Assembly (NCBI GenBank): GCA_027484685.1
Contig: JAIXSO010000048.1
Coordinates: 8,477 to 72,476 of the forward strand
Source of the DNA: Bacteroidota bacterium
GTDB lineage: Bacteria; Bacteroidota; Bacteroidia; UKL13-3
DNA length: 64,000 nucleotides
Direction of reading: 5' to 3'
Shown: positions 28,597 through 38,669 of the stretch, in pieces
How positions within the stretch are numbered: position 1 is the first letter of the stretch
Layout: each line of letters starts with the position of its first letter
The notes under the pieces: model-generated
Database searches by the model: none
The model's input: only the letters and a program-made list of their open reading frames with translations
Told to the model about the DNA's origin: nothing
Made by a program: the position numbers and the translations under genes

Positions 28597-28945
28597 AGCT
28601 ATTTCTGGATTTCATATCCTATCAATACTTTCAGAGATTGATAACGATTTTAGCCCAAAAGAGGGTTTGGTTATTGTTGACTATTTAAAGAAAAACTTTC
28701 CACCACATTTATTTGTGTTAGATAGAGAAATGGAAATTTTAAGCAATTTAAAAAAAGATGAATATTTAACACATTTTATCAAATGCCTTGAAGAGTTTTA
28801 CAAAGATTCGACCGAGGAAGAAAGGGTAAAGTTTGTAAAATTTGCTATTAAAGTTGTAATGGCTAATAATAAAGTATCTAATGAAGAAAATATTTATTTG
28901 AATGAATTGTACAATGCATGGGCATTAGATAACAATAATTTTTAA
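28589..28945 (+). CDS. TerB-like small soluble protein (tentative)
   Basis: 118 aa. 8-nt overlap with the TerC-family gene. Helical protein with a VMANNKVSNEENIYLNELYN segment resembling the TerB-like fold family. Weak recognition. Confidence 0.45.
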   Translation: MNRAISGFHILSILSEIDNDFSPKEGLVIVDYLKKNFPPHLFVLDREMEILSNLKKDEYLTHFIKCLEEFYKDSTEEERVKFVKFAIKVVMANNKVSNEENIYLNELYNAWALDNNNF

Positions 28946-29040
28946 AATTGGCGTTGATTGCAATAATTGATTAGAATAATTAATCATAAATATTTTTTTC
29001 AAATTTATTACGATGATAGAAATTAATTCATGATCAATCA

Positions 29041-29124
29041 GGAAGAGTTCATTTTTACCAATAAAATAGATGAAATCAACTGTTTTCATCTATTTTATAT
29101 TTTTGCATTGCAAGGTTATACAAA
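29041..29124 (-). pseudogene. relic copy of the pgk promoter-proximal region plus first ~19 codons
   Basis: Ungapped plus-strand alignment at an offset of exactly 2600 nt: 26451..26505 versus 29051..29105 gives about 48/55 identities by eye, including the ATG and MKTVD codons. A further shared ttatacaaa follows an 8-nt indel. The relic frame reads MKTVDFIYFIGKNELFLID versus Pgk [19 protein letters not shown]. Confidence 0.6.
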
Positions 29125-29232
29125 CTTAAATCTAAAATCTAAAAATGGCATTATAAAATATACTTTGGTTATCTTGCTATTAAATAAAAACTATTTTTGT
29201 TTTGCAATCAGCCAATTTTAGCACCTATTCAA

Positions 29233-29910
29233 ATGAAAATTCTTGTACTTGAAGACGACTTTACCCTATCAAAAGAAATTAGACAATTTTTGGTTTCGAA
29301 AGAATTTGAATGCGATGCCATTTACGATGGAAGTTTGGTTATTAAACAGTTGCAAATAGCTCATTACGATTTATTTATATTAGACATCAATGTTCCAGGT
29401 AAAAATGGTTTTGAGGTTTGTAAACAAATTAGATTAGTTGACAAAGAAACTCCTATACTAATGCTTACCGCTTTTGGTGAGGTGAGCGATAAAGTAACTG
29501 CATTTAACAATGGGGCCGATGATTATTTGGTAAAACCATTTCATTTTGATGAACTTTTTGTGCGTATTTCAGCATTGCTACGCAGAAAATCAATGCCACA
29601 ACAAGTAGAAGAAAAAATAACAATAGCTGACTTAGAAATTAATTTAACCGAAAGTAAAGTACACAGAAACGGAAATGAAATTGTGCTTTCGCCAAAGGAA
29701 TATCAGCTATTGATTTTATTAGCAAAAGCTAAGGGTAAATCAATTTCAAAACAAGTAATTGCTGAAACCATTTGGGATTACAACATTGAAACCAATTACA
29801 ATACCATTGAAGTTTATATTAATTTTTTACGCAAAAAAATTGATAAAGACTTTGAACAAAAACTTATTCAAACTAGGCCCGGATTTGGTTACTTTTTAAA
29901 AGCTGAATAA
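29233..29910 (+). CDS. OmpR/PhoB-family response regulator (receiver + winged-helix)
   Basis: From the ATG at 29233: MKILVLEDD. Phospho-acceptor region FILDINVPGKNG, LMLTA, DDYLVKPF. C-terminal winged helix (LSPKEYQLLILL, RPGFGY). The 12 upstream codons in the track ORF are unlikely to be translated. Confidence 0.9.
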   Translation: MKILVLEDDFTLSKEIRQFLVSKEFECDAIYDGSLVIKQLQIAHYDLFILDINVPGKNGFEVCKQIRLVDKETPILMLTAFGEVSDKVTAFNNGADDYLVKPFHFDELFVRISALLRRKSMPQQVEEKITIADLEINLTESKVHRNGNEIVLSPKEYQLLILLAKAKGKSISKQVIAETIWDYNIETNYNTIEVYINFLRKKIDKDFEQKLIQTRPGFGYFLKAE

Positions 29911-29912
29911 TT

Positions 29913-31280
29913 ATGACTATAAAACAGAAAATTGCGCTTTATAGTAGCTTGTTTTTTTCACTTCTTTTTGGGCTTACCTCCATTATTATTTATTATCAAT
30001 TCTCTAATTTTAGAGAAGAAGAATTTAAGGAACGGCTGGAGGAAAAAGCCATTAATACCATGAAACTTTTAGCAGAAGTACAAGAGGTGGATAATACTTT
30101 ATTACAATTGATTGATAAAAACTCTATTCATAAGCTTTACAATGAAAAAACATTGATATTCAATGATAGTTTACAGCTCATATATAGTAGTGTGGACGAT
30201 GTTGTTATTAATTGGACAGTAGATGATTTAAAAAAGCTGAAAAAAGAAAAAACTTTATTTAAAACTGAAGGCGAATATGAAATTTTTGGTATTTATTACG
30301 TCTCACAACATATTGACTATTATGCCCTCATTTCGGCACAAGATAAATATGGAAAAAGAAAATTGCAGTTTTTGAGTGTAGTTCTAACTATTTCTTTTTT
30401 GATAGCAACATCCATTATTTGGTTGGTATCTTTTAATTTCACCAAACGATTAATTTTACCACTTGACAATTTTCAGAAAAAAATTACCAATATCAGCTCA
30501 AATAACTTAACCGAACGCCTTGCAGAAACAGGTAAAGATGATGAGATTAACTTAATAGCAAAGGCGTTTAACCAAATGATGAGGAGAATTGAAGATTCGT
30601 ACAAAAACCAGCAAGAGTTTACAGCCAATGCATCGCACGAGCTACGAACTCCTATAGCCCGAATAATTACACAATTAGAAAATCTTGAACAGTTAGAAAA
30701 ACATAGTGCTGAAACGCTAACTTATCTTCAGAATATAAAAACTGACGCCAATAATATGGCAGAGTTAATTAGCTCGCTGCTTACACTTTCCAAAATTTCG
30801 GAAACACAGATAGATTTTACTAATAATAAAAAACGTATTGATGAAATTATCTTTGATTCAATGGCTTTGGTAAAGAAAAATTATCCTGATTTTTCGAGTG
30901 GTTTTGAACTTATTGAAAACAACGAATTTGAATATGATTTAGATATTTTTTGCAATGAGTCTTTACTTAAAATAGCATTTTCTAATTTGATTAAAAATGC
31001 CTATTTGTATTCAGCCAATAAAAAAGCTTTGATAGAGATAGAGCAAATCAATACCAATCAAATCGCAGTAAGAATAAAAAACAATGGCAATACCATTGAA
31101 AATTCAGAACAGCACAAGCTTTACGATACTTTTATGCGTGGCAAAAACTCTCAAAATAAACCTGGTTCAGGATTGGGTTTACCATTAAGCAAACGCATTT
31201 TTAACTACCATAATGCCACTTTAAATTATTCGGTTACTGGCCAGAATTTAAACCAATTCGAAATTATTTTTTCTATTTAA
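29913..31280 (+). CDS. sensor histidine kinase
   Basis: Two transmembrane helices flanking a periplasmic domain, a HAMP-like linker, H-box ASHELRTPIARI, and an HATPase G-box (GSGLGLPLSKRI). Confidence 0.9.
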   Translation: MTIKQKIALYSSLFFSLLFGLTSIIIYYQFSNFREEEFKERLEEKAINTMKLLAEVQEVDNTLLQLIDKNSIHKLYNEKTLIFNDSLQLIYSSVDDVVINWTVDDLKKLKKEKTLFKTEGEYEIFGIYYVSQHIDYYALISAQDKYGKRKLQFLSVVLTISFLIATSIIWLVSFNFTKRLILPLDNFQKKITNISSNNLTERLAETGKDDEINLIAKAFNQMMRRIEDSYKNQQEFTANASHELRTPIARIITQLENLEQLEKHSAETLTYLQNIKTDANNMAELISSLLTLSKISETQIDFTNNKKRIDEIIFDSMALVKKNYPDFSSGFELIENNEFEYDLDIFCNESLLKIAFSNLIKNAYLYSANKKALIEIEQINTNQIAVRIKNNGNTIENSEQHKLYDTFMRGKNSQNKPGSGLGLPLSKRIFNYHNATLNYSVTGQNLNQFEIIFSI

Positions 31281-31357
31281 GCTATTTTTAAGGCTTGATT
31301 TAAGCACTATTTAAGAAGCACCAACTCATCTTTGTTGCGTAATTAAGCGTAATTGAT

Positions 31358-32605
31358 ATGAGATATAGCTTTTTGTTTTGTATATTTTTTTTAATTGGTG
31401 GTTTGCAAGCACAGCAAACTTATACAGTTGAAGAATGCGAAAACCAGTTTTTAAAAAATAACCTTTTACTGGTGGCCGAACAGTTTGATGTAGATGCATC
31501 GAAGGCTGCTATTATTCAAGCAAAGGTTTGGGATAATCCTTATGTGTCGGGCGAAATAAATTTATACAACCCCAACAACCAACAATATTTTGATGTAGGA
31601 ACTGCTGGGCAAAAAGCATTTGCTATTCAGCAATTGATTTACCTAAGTGGTAAAAGAAGTAATGAAATAGCTTTAGCCAAAACCAATAGTGCCATGGCTC
31701 AATTGCAATTTGAAGATGCATTACGCAATTTAAGAGCCACACTCAAACAAAGTTTTTATACCATTTATTTCGATAGCAGAAAAATAGATATTACATCTAA
31801 ACAACTTTCGAACCTAGACTCGGTAATACAAGCCTATAACGGACAAGCCATGAAAGGCAATGTGCCCATGAAAGATTTGGTAAGGCTACAATCGTTATAC
31901 TTTAGCTTAAAAAACGATAAAACCATTTTGGTTCAAAACTTAACCGATGAAATGCAAAAACTTAAAGTGTTAACTGGCCAATCGACAGATATTGTTCCTG
32001 TTATTACAAATTTAAATAAATACTTTTCTGCAAAAAAAATAGAAACCCTTTCGGAAGATACATTGATAAAAATAGCCGCAGAAAATAGGCCTGATTATTT
32101 ATTAGCTATAAAAAATATAGAAAGTAATGAATTTAACTTACAACTTCAAAAAGCCATTGCCAGACCAGATTTAACCCTTGGAACCGCTTATGATCAAAGA
32201 GGTGGCGCATTTAACAATCAAATTAACTTAACTTTTGGTATGCCATTACCTGTTTGGAACAAAAATAAAGGCAATATAAAAATAGCCGAAATTCAGGTAA
32301 AACAAGCCAAAACATTAGAAAACTATGCCTTACTCCAACTTAAAAATGAAGTAAGTGCCACTTATAAAAAATGGATTGAGGCCAATAATAATTACCAGTT
32401 TTTAACCAAATCGAATACTGCCAGTTTTGAGCAGGTTTATCAAGGAGTAATGTTCAATTTTAAAAAACAAAATATTACCATTTTAGAGTTTACCGATTTT
32501 ATGGAAAGCTATAACCAAAGTATTCAAAATTTTAACGAAATAAATAAAGTGCTCATTCTATCGAGCGAAGAATTAAATAAGGCCCTTAACAAACAAGTAT
32601 TTTAG
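31358..32605 (+). CDS. czcC: TolC/CzcC-family outer-membrane efflux protein
   Basis: Signal peptide, 415 aa, two-repeat coiled-coil/beta-barrel OEP pattern. It is the first gene of a C-B-A ordered efflux operon. Confidence 0.8.
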   Translation: MRYSFLFCIFFLIGGLQAQQTYTVEECENQFLKNNLLLVAEQFDVDASKAAIIQAKVWDNPYVSGEINLYNPNNQQYFDVGTAGQKAFAIQQLIYLSGKRSNEIALAKTNSAMAQLQFEDALRNLRATLKQSFYTIYFDSRKIDITSKQLSNLDSVIQAYNGQAMKGNVPMKDLVRLQSLYFSLKNDKTILVQNLTDEMQKLKVLTGQSTDIVPVITNLNKYFSAKKIETLSEDTLIKIAAENRPDYLLAIKNIESNEFNLQLQKAIARPDLTLGTAYDQRGGAFNNQINLTFGMPLPVWNKNKGNIKIAEIQVKQAKTLENYALLQLKNEVSATYKKWIEANNNYQFLTKSNTASFEQVYQGVMFNFKKQNITILEFTDFMESYNQSIQNFNEINKVLILSSEELNKALNKQVF

Positions 32606-32606
32606 T

Positions 32607-33695
32607 ATGTTTAATAAATCAATATTATTTGTAGCAAGTATGTTAGTAGTTACACTTTACTCGTGTAGCGATAACAAAAAAAAGGAAGAAACAGCCACTG
32701 CTTTTGTATTAAGTGATGTAATGTTAAGCACTACGCAAACAGCGCCCGCCAGAAGCATGCCTTTAAAAAACGAGCTGTCATTTTATGGGAAAATTACTGC
32801 CGACAATAACAAGTTAATTGAGATATATCCAATTGTGGGCGGTAATGTTATGAATGTGAATGTAGAGCTTGGCGATTATGTTACCAAAGGACAAGTTTTA
32901 GCTAGCATTAGAAGTACTGAAGTAGCCAGTTTTGAAAAAGATTTGATTGATGCTAAAAACGATGTATTAGTAGCTAAAAACAGTGTAAAAGTGGCCCAAG
33001 AACTTTTTGAAGGTAAATTAAACTCTGAGCGCGATGTATTAGAGGCCAAAAGTCAACTAGAAAAAGCCGAAAGTCAATTGCACAGGATCAAGGAAGTTTA
33101 TAGCATTTACAATATCAAAAAAGGAGCTTTTTACAATGTATTAGCACCTATCAGTGGTTTTATTATTCAAAAAAATATTAACCAAGATATGTTATTACGC
33201 AGTGATAGGACTGACAATATTTTTGACATTGCACAAATAAATGAAGTATGGGCTATAGCCAATGTGAACGAAACAGACATTAACCAAGTTAAATTAGGTG
33301 AAGAAGCTTCGGTTACTACATTAAGTTATAACGATAAAGTTTTTAAAGGCAAGGTTGATAAAATATTTAACATCATTGACCCTGAAACCAAAGCCATGAA
33401 AGTTCAAATAAAACTGAACAACCCTGATTATTTATTGAAACCCGAAATGAGAGCTAATATTAAACTATCGTATAACGAAGACAAAAATATGATTGCCATA
33501 CCATCGGCTGCTATCATTTTTGATAAAAATAAAAACTTTGTAATGGTATTTAAAGATAGAAATAATATTGAGACCCGACAAGTAGAAGTATTTAGGCAGG
33601 TGGGCGATATTAGCTACATATCGGCAGGATTAAAAGTTGACGAAAAGGTTATGACTACCAACGGCCTTTTGGTTTACAATGCACTAAATAACTAA
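32607..33695 (+). CDS. czcB: efflux RND periplasmic adaptor (membrane fusion) subunit
   Basis: Lipobox LYSC. Lipoyl-like (VELGDYVTKGQVLASI), coiled-coil hairpin and beta-barrel segments typical of HlyD/CzcB adaptors. Confidence 0.88.
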   Translation: MFNKSILFVASMLVVTLYSCSDNKKKEETATAFVLSDVMLSTTQTAPARSMPLKNELSFYGKITADNNKLIEIYPIVGGNVMNVNVELGDYVTKGQVLASIRSTEVASFEKDLIDAKNDVLVAKNSVKVAQELFEGKLNSERDVLEAKSQLEKAESQLHRIKEVYSIYNIKKGAFYNVLAPISGFIIQKNINQDMLLRSDRTDNIFDIAQINEVWAIANVNETDINQVKLGEEASVTTLSYNDKVFKGKVDKIFNIIDPETKAMKVQIKLNNPDYLLKPEMRANIKLSYNEDKNMIAIPSAAIIFDKNKNFVMVFKDRNNIETRQVEVFRQVGDISYISAGLKVDEKVMTTNGLLVYNALNN

Positions 33696-33750
33696 GAGGT
33701 TTTGACCAACCAATTCATAAAAAAATTTTAATTCATAAACAGTAAGTATA

Positions 33751-36700
33751 ATGAATAAGCTCATTAAAAGTATTCTATCATTTTCGTTAAAAAACAAAGC
33801 GTTTACGTTTTTTGGCGTGATAGTTCTAGTCATATCAGGATTTATTGCTTTTAAAAATATGCCTATTGAGGCATTTCCCGATGTTACCAATACGCAAATA
33901 GTAATTATAACCCAATGGAACGGGCGCAGTGCCGAAGAAGTAGAGCGTTTTGTTACCACACCTATTGAACTTTCGATGGGTTCGGTTCAGAAAAAAACAA
34001 GTGTGCGTAGCACTACCATGTTTGGTTTATCTATTATAAAAATAATTTTTGAGGATAATGTAGATGATTTATTTGCCAGAAACCAAGTAAATAACCAACT
34101 AAGAACGGTATCACTACCCGATGGAATAGACCCTGAAGTACAACCACCATACGGACCAACAGGTGAAATTTTTAGATACACTTTAAAAAGTGACTCACGC
34201 GATTCGAGGGAATTATTAACCATTCAAAATTGGGTTATTGATAGACAGTTACGTTCTGTTCCTGGTGTGGCAGATATCAATGTTTTTGGTGGACAACAAA
34301 AGGTATTTGAATTAAGTGTTGACCCTAATAAATTAGAAAAATACGACCTCACTCCTCTTCAAGTTTATGATGCTGTAAATAAAAGTAATTTAAACGTTGG
34401 TGGCGATGTAATTGAAAAAAGTGGTCAATCGTATGTAGTACGTGGTTTAGGTTTGTTACAATCTATTCCTGATATTGAAAATATTATTGTAGATCAAAAT
34501 AATGGTAACCCAGTATTGGTAAAAAATTTAGCCAATGTTACTGAAAGTTCTTTACCACGCGTTGGTCAAGCTGGATTAAATAACCAAGATGATGTGGTAG
34601 AAGGAATTATAGTAATGCGTAAGGGTGAAAATCCTAAAGAAGTGCTTGCTCGTGTTAAAGCCAAAATTGATGAAATAAACGAACGCATTTTACCCAAAGA
34701 TGTAAAAATGGAAACATTTTACGACAGGGACAATTTGATGAATTATACCACATCAACGGTGATGCATAATATGTTTGAAGGAATATTATTTGTTACCGTC
34801 ATTGTATTTTTATTCATGGCCGATTGGCGTACTACTGTTACTGTTTCTATTATTATTCCTTTATCATTATTGTTCGCCTTTTTGTGCTTAAAATTAAAAG
34901 GAATGAGTGCTAATTTACTGTCGCTAGGAGCAGTTGATTTTGGTATTATTATAGATGGGGCTGTGGTAATGGTAGAGGGCATATTTGTAACTCTCGATCA
35001 CTTGGCACATAAAAAAGGAATGGTGGCCTTTAATAAGTTATCGAAAGGGCAAATAATTAAAAAGACTGGCACCTCATTAGGTAAAGCCATTTTCTTTTCA
35101 AAACTAATTATCATCACCGCCTTATTACCCATTTTTGCTTTTCAAAAAGTAGAAGGTAAAATGTTCTCGCCATTGGCTTATACCTTAGGTTTTGCCTTAT
35201 TAGGAGCATTGTTATTTACCTTAACTTTAGTGCCTGTATTGTGCCATATTTTCTTAAATAAAAATGTAAAGGAAAAACACAATCCTTTTGTTAACTTTTG
35301 GAATAAATTAGTGGAGAATGGCTTTAACTGGACTTTTAAACACAAACGTTTAACCCTTATTGTTTCATTGCTATTGATATTCTCAACTTTCTTTTCGACT
35401 AAGTTTTTAGGAACAGAATTTTTACCTCAATTAAACGAAGGTTCGCTATGGATTACCGCTGAAATGCCTTTGAGCACTTCACTTGATAAATCAATGATTA
35501 CCACCAATAAGTTAAAAGCCATTTTACAATCGTTTGACGAAGTAAATGGTGTGCTATCGCAAACAGGAAGGAGTAATGATGGAACCGACCCTAATGGATT
35601 TGGATTTGTGCAGTTTCAGGTAAATTTAAAACCTAAAGAAGAATGGGCACGTAAAATAACCCAAGACCAGCTTATTGATGAAATGGATAAAAAGTTAAAA
35701 CAATATCAAGGTATAACTTACAATTATTCTCAACCTATTGCCGATAATGTTTCAGAGGCAGTGGCAGGTTTTAAAGCATCTAACGGTGTTAAAATTTATG
35801 GCGATGATTTGAATAAACTAAACGATTATGCCAACCAAGTTTTAAAAACCATCAAAAATATAGATGGAATAAAAGATGCTGGTATTATTAGAAACATTGG
35901 TCAACCTGAGTTGAGCGTAATTTTAGACAGAGAAAAAATGGCTGCCTATGGTGTAACCATTGCCGATGCGCAAGCTGTATTAGAAATGGCTTTTGGCGGT
36001 AAAACTGCTACTCAAAAATTTGAAGGTGAACGCAAGTTTGATGTAAGGATTAGGTACGAAAAAGAATACCGCAAAAACGAAAAAGACATTGCCAACCTAA
36101 TGGTGCCAACACTTAACAATACCAAAATTCCTTTAAAAGAAATTTCGGTTATTGATAAAGACAATGGCGCTGCCTTTATTTATAGAGATAATTTAAAACG
36201 TTTTATTGGTGTTAAATTTTCTATTAGAGATAGAGATTTGGGAAGTACCATAGCCGAAGCACAACAAAAAGTTTCGCAAAATATTCAATTGGCCGCAGGA
36301 TATGACATTGGTTGGACTGGCGAGTTTGAAAACCAAGTAAGGGCCACAGGAAGCTTAACCGAAATGGTTCCCATTAGCTTAGTAGGTATTTTTATTTTGT
36401 TATTTATACTTTTTGGTAATATAAAAGATTCGTTATTAGTATTAGCCAATGTGCCCTTCGCTATTGTTGGAGGTATTTTGGCTCTACATATTACCGGAAT
36501 GAACTTTGGAATTTCGGGCGGTGTGGGCTTCATAGCTTTATTTGGAATTTGTATTCAAAATGGGGTGCTACTTATATCGGAGTTTCATAAAAATTTAAAA
36601 GACAAGTTAAATTTAGAAACATCTATAAAAGAAGCCGTAAAAGTGCGCACCCGCCCGGTAGTTATGACTGCGTTAATGGCTTCTATTGGTTTATTACCTG

Positions 36701-36852
36701 CAGCTATTAGCACTGGTATTGGTTCAGAATCTCAAAAACCATTGGCCATTGTAATAATTGGTGGATTGATAACTGCCATCATTTTAACTTTATTGGTATT
36801 TCCTATTATATTTTGGGTGTTTAACCGCAACAAACATGAGGTTATTGATTAA
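33751..36852 (+). CDS. czcA: CusA/CzcA-family heavy-metal efflux RND permease
   Basis: 1033 aa with 12-TM RND architecture. N-terminus IKSILSFSLKNK...PIEAFPDVTNTQIVIITQWNGRSAEEVERFVTTPIE is typical of the HME-RND family. Confidence 0.92.
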   Translation: MNKLIKSILSFSLKNKAFTFFGVIVLVISGFIAFKNMPIEAFPDVTNTQIVIITQWNGRSAEEVERFVTTPIELSMGSVQKKTSVRSTTMFGLSIIKIIFEDNVDDLFARNQVNNQLRTVSLPDGIDPEVQPPYGPTGEIFRYTLKSDSRDSRELLTIQNWVIDRQLRSVPGVADINVFGGQQKVFELSVDPNKLEKYDLTPLQVYDAVNKSNLNVGGDVIEKSGQSYVVRGLGLLQSIPDIENIIVDQNNGNPVLVKNLANVTESSLPRVGQAGLNNQDDVVEGIIVMRKGENPKEVLARVKAKIDEINERILPKDVKMETFYDRDNLMNYTTSTVMHNMFEGILFVTVIVFLFMADWRTTVTVSIIIPLSLLFAFLCLKLKGMSANLLSLGAVDFGIIIDGAVVMVEGIFVTLDHLAHKKGMVAFNKLSKGQIIKKTGTSLGKAIFFSKLIIITALLPIFAFQKVEGKMFSPLAYTLGFALLGALLFTLTLVPVLCHIFLNKNVKEKHNPFVNFWNKLVENGFNWTFKHKRLTLIVSLLLIFSTFFSTKFLGTEFLPQLNEGSLWITAEMPLSTSLDKSMITTNKLKAILQSFDEVNGVLSQTGRSNDGTDPNGFGFVQFQVNLKPKEEWARKITQDQLIDEMDKKLKQYQGITYNYSQPIADNVSEAVAGFKASNGVKIYGDDLNKLNDYANQVLKTIKNIDGIKDAGIIRNIGQPELSVILDREKMAAYGVTIADAQAVLEMAFGGKTATQKFEGERKFDVRIRYEKEYRKNEKDIANLMVPTLNNTKIPLKEISVIDKDNGAAFIYRDNLKRFIGVKFSIRDRDLGSTIAEAQQKVSQNIQLAAGYDIGWTGEFENQVRATGSLTEMVPISLVGIFILLFILFGNIKDSLLVLANVPFAIVGGILALHITGMNFGISGGVGFIALFGICIQNGVLLISEFHKNLKDKLNLETSIKEAVKVRTRPVVMTALMASIGLLPAAISTGIGSESQKPLAIVIIGGLITAIILTLLVFPIIFWVFNRNKHEVID

Positions 36853-37183
36853 TCTTAAATCATTCTAGAAATAAGCTAAATCAAGCATTCAATGATATTG
36901 GACGATTAATTAAATATAAGAAAGACATTAGTTGCTAAAATTATAAACCCAAACCGCTTTAGACAAAATTAAAGTGTTTTGGGCTTAAAAAGTAGATTAA
37001 AGAAAACACAAACCATGGACTAAATTCGAACTAAAAACGGACAAAATACCAACACTTTGCAAAATTGAAAGGGAAACAAGGGCAACCAAAAGTCAACCAA
37101 ATTTGCTTCAAGTTTTATTTTGCCCAATCACATACTCAACATACAAACTGATAGAAAAAAATGTTTTAAAAAAATTGCTAAAA

Positions 37184-37486
37184 ATGCCTAACAACACATC
37201 CCAACATATTTTAAATACCTCTGCCAATCTTTTAGGATTTTGCCTTGTGGTAATAACCGCACTTCATGTGAATGACCAAACCGAGACAACAATCATAGAC
37301 ATGTTAACTGCTTTTGTAGCCTTGTTGCTTACATTTTCATGTTTGTTTTCTTTTATCTCCATCAGGTCAGAAAATGCTAGAATTGAAATGAGGTTTGAGA
37401 CAATTGCAGATTACTTATTCTTCATATCTCTGACTGGCATACTATCAATAATCACTCTTATTTTACATAACTACATAAACAAATAA
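37184..37486 (+). CDS. small three-helix membrane protein, unknown function
   Basis: ATG at 37184 (MPNNTSQHILNTSANLLGFCLVV...). The track ORF starts at a TTG 27 codons upstream, which I consider less likely. Confidence 0.4.
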   Translation: MPNNTSQHILNTSANLLGFCLVVITALHVNDQTETTIIDMLTAFVALLLTFSCLFSFISIRSENARIEMRFETIADYLFFISLTGILSIITLILHNYINK

Positions 37487-37491
37487 CAAAA

Positions 37492-38112
37492 ATGAAAACA
37501 CTTAATAAAACAATCGCTTTGCTATCAATCTGCATTTTGACAGGTTGTGCAAGTACACAAATTTTCAGCGATAAAGATGATGCTATTGACTTTAATAAAT
37601 ATAAAACATTTGCTTGGCTACCTACAGGTAATTTTAGCTATGGAAACGGTTTTGATAACCAAATAATTGAAAGTAATATTAAAACCCATGCTTCTAACTT
37701 ATTAGAGTTAACTTGGCTAAAAGCTGATACAATTGCCCCTGATTTACTTTTTGAATACCACATTGAATTTAAAAATAAAACCATTATAGAGCAGCAACCA
37801 ATATATAATTATAACTACAATAATGGTATGTATTATTATGGCAGATACAATTATAACAGATACTATGGTTATGATCCTTATTGGCGACACAGCAACATGA
37901 ACTCGCCATATATAATAGGTTATAAAAATGTTCCTGTTACTTATAAAGAAGGAACTTTGTTAATATCTGCAATTGACCGAAATACAAACAAATTAGTTTG
38001 GCGAGGATGGTCTGTTAGCACAGTTACAGATACTAATACATACGAACAGGAATTAAAAAAATATGTTACAAAAATTTTTTATAAGTTTCCAATCCAAATC
38101 CCAACGAAATAA
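37492..38112 (+). CDS. DUF4136-like lipoprotein
   Basis: Lipobox ILTGC. N-terminal DFNKYKTFAWLP and C-terminal GTLLISAIDRNTNKLVWRGWS resemble the DUF4136 pattern as recalled. Confidence 0.55.
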   Translation: MKTLNKTIALLSICILTGCASTQIFSDKDDAIDFNKYKTFAWLPTGNFSYGNGFDNQIIESNIKTHASNLLELTWLKADTIAPDLLFEYHIEFKNKTIIEQQPIYNYNYNNGMYYYGRYNYNRYYGYDPYWRHSNMNSPYIIGYKNVPVTYKEGTLLISAIDRNTNKLVWRGWSVSTVTDTNTYEQELKKYVTKIFYKFPIQIPTK

Positions 38113-38114
38113 AT

Positions 38115-38669
38115 ATGAAAAAAATAATTTCAATTTTTGGGGTTTGCTTTTTTGTGCTTAACTTTTTAAATGCTCAAACTTCACGCAACTGCAAAGTTTT
38201 AATATCAACCAAGTTTAATGATTCATTATATACCGTTGTATCTAAAGCAGCAACACTAACCTTTAATTTGGCTACAAACAACCTGACCTTAAAACTCAAA
38301 CTCCAATCATTAGACCATGAAATTGATACGATTGAAAATTTCTTTAATCAATACCAACCATCAGACGAATTAATATATATGGCTAACACTGGTAACAATG
38401 TTTTTGATTTGATTGAAAGCGAAGCCAACAGAAATAAAATATATCCCTTGTCAGGAAATTTGACTTTGAACTCAATTTCAAAAGGAGTTGAAGGAACTTA
38501 CTCCTTGCTAAAACTTACAAACGAAAGCCAAGATACTAAACTTAATTTACGCTTTAGTTTAGATTTATCTTTTAACCCCATTGATTTTGGCATTAATAAA
38601 ATTTTCCCTTTGTTAAATCAAAAGGTTTATATCGAAATTGATGAAGCAATTGTAAACATAATTGAATAA
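38115..38669 (+). CDS. secreted hypothetical protein
   Basis: Signal peptide (FLNAQ). Starts 2 nt after the previous stop. No family recognised. Confidence 0.45.
   Translation: MKKIISIFGVCFFVLNFLNAQTSRNCKVLISTKFNDSLYTVVSKAATLTFNLATNNLTLKLKLQSLDHEIDTIENFFNQYQPSDELIYMANTGNNVFDLIESEANRNKIYPLSGNLTLNSISKGVEGTYSLLKLTNESQDTKLNLRFSLDLSFNPIDFGINKIFPLLNQKVYIEIDEAIVNIIE

Noticed and set aside
29030-29221. 63-aa plus-strand ORF upstream of the response regulator, and the 12-codon extension of the regulator itself (29197..29232).
   Set aside because: Low-complexity AT-rich translation. It overlaps the pgk 5' relic on the opposite strand. The receiver domain begins cleanly at MKILVLEDD (29233).
37103-37183. 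TTG-initiated 27-codon extension of the small membrane protein, and likewise the TTG at 47101 for the S41 peptidase and the TTG at 56817 for the 136-aa ORF.
   Set aside because: In each case an in-frame ATG closer to the recognisable domain or signal anchor gives a more plausible N-terminus. The extensions read through AT-rich spacer DNA.
36853-37183. Long spacer after czcA examined for gene relics like those of pgk and lptB, and for structured RNA.
   Set aside because: No similarity to the czcA C-terminus or to neighbouring gene ends in any frame. There is only a weak imperfect stem (cccaaa/tttggg). Nothing reportable.
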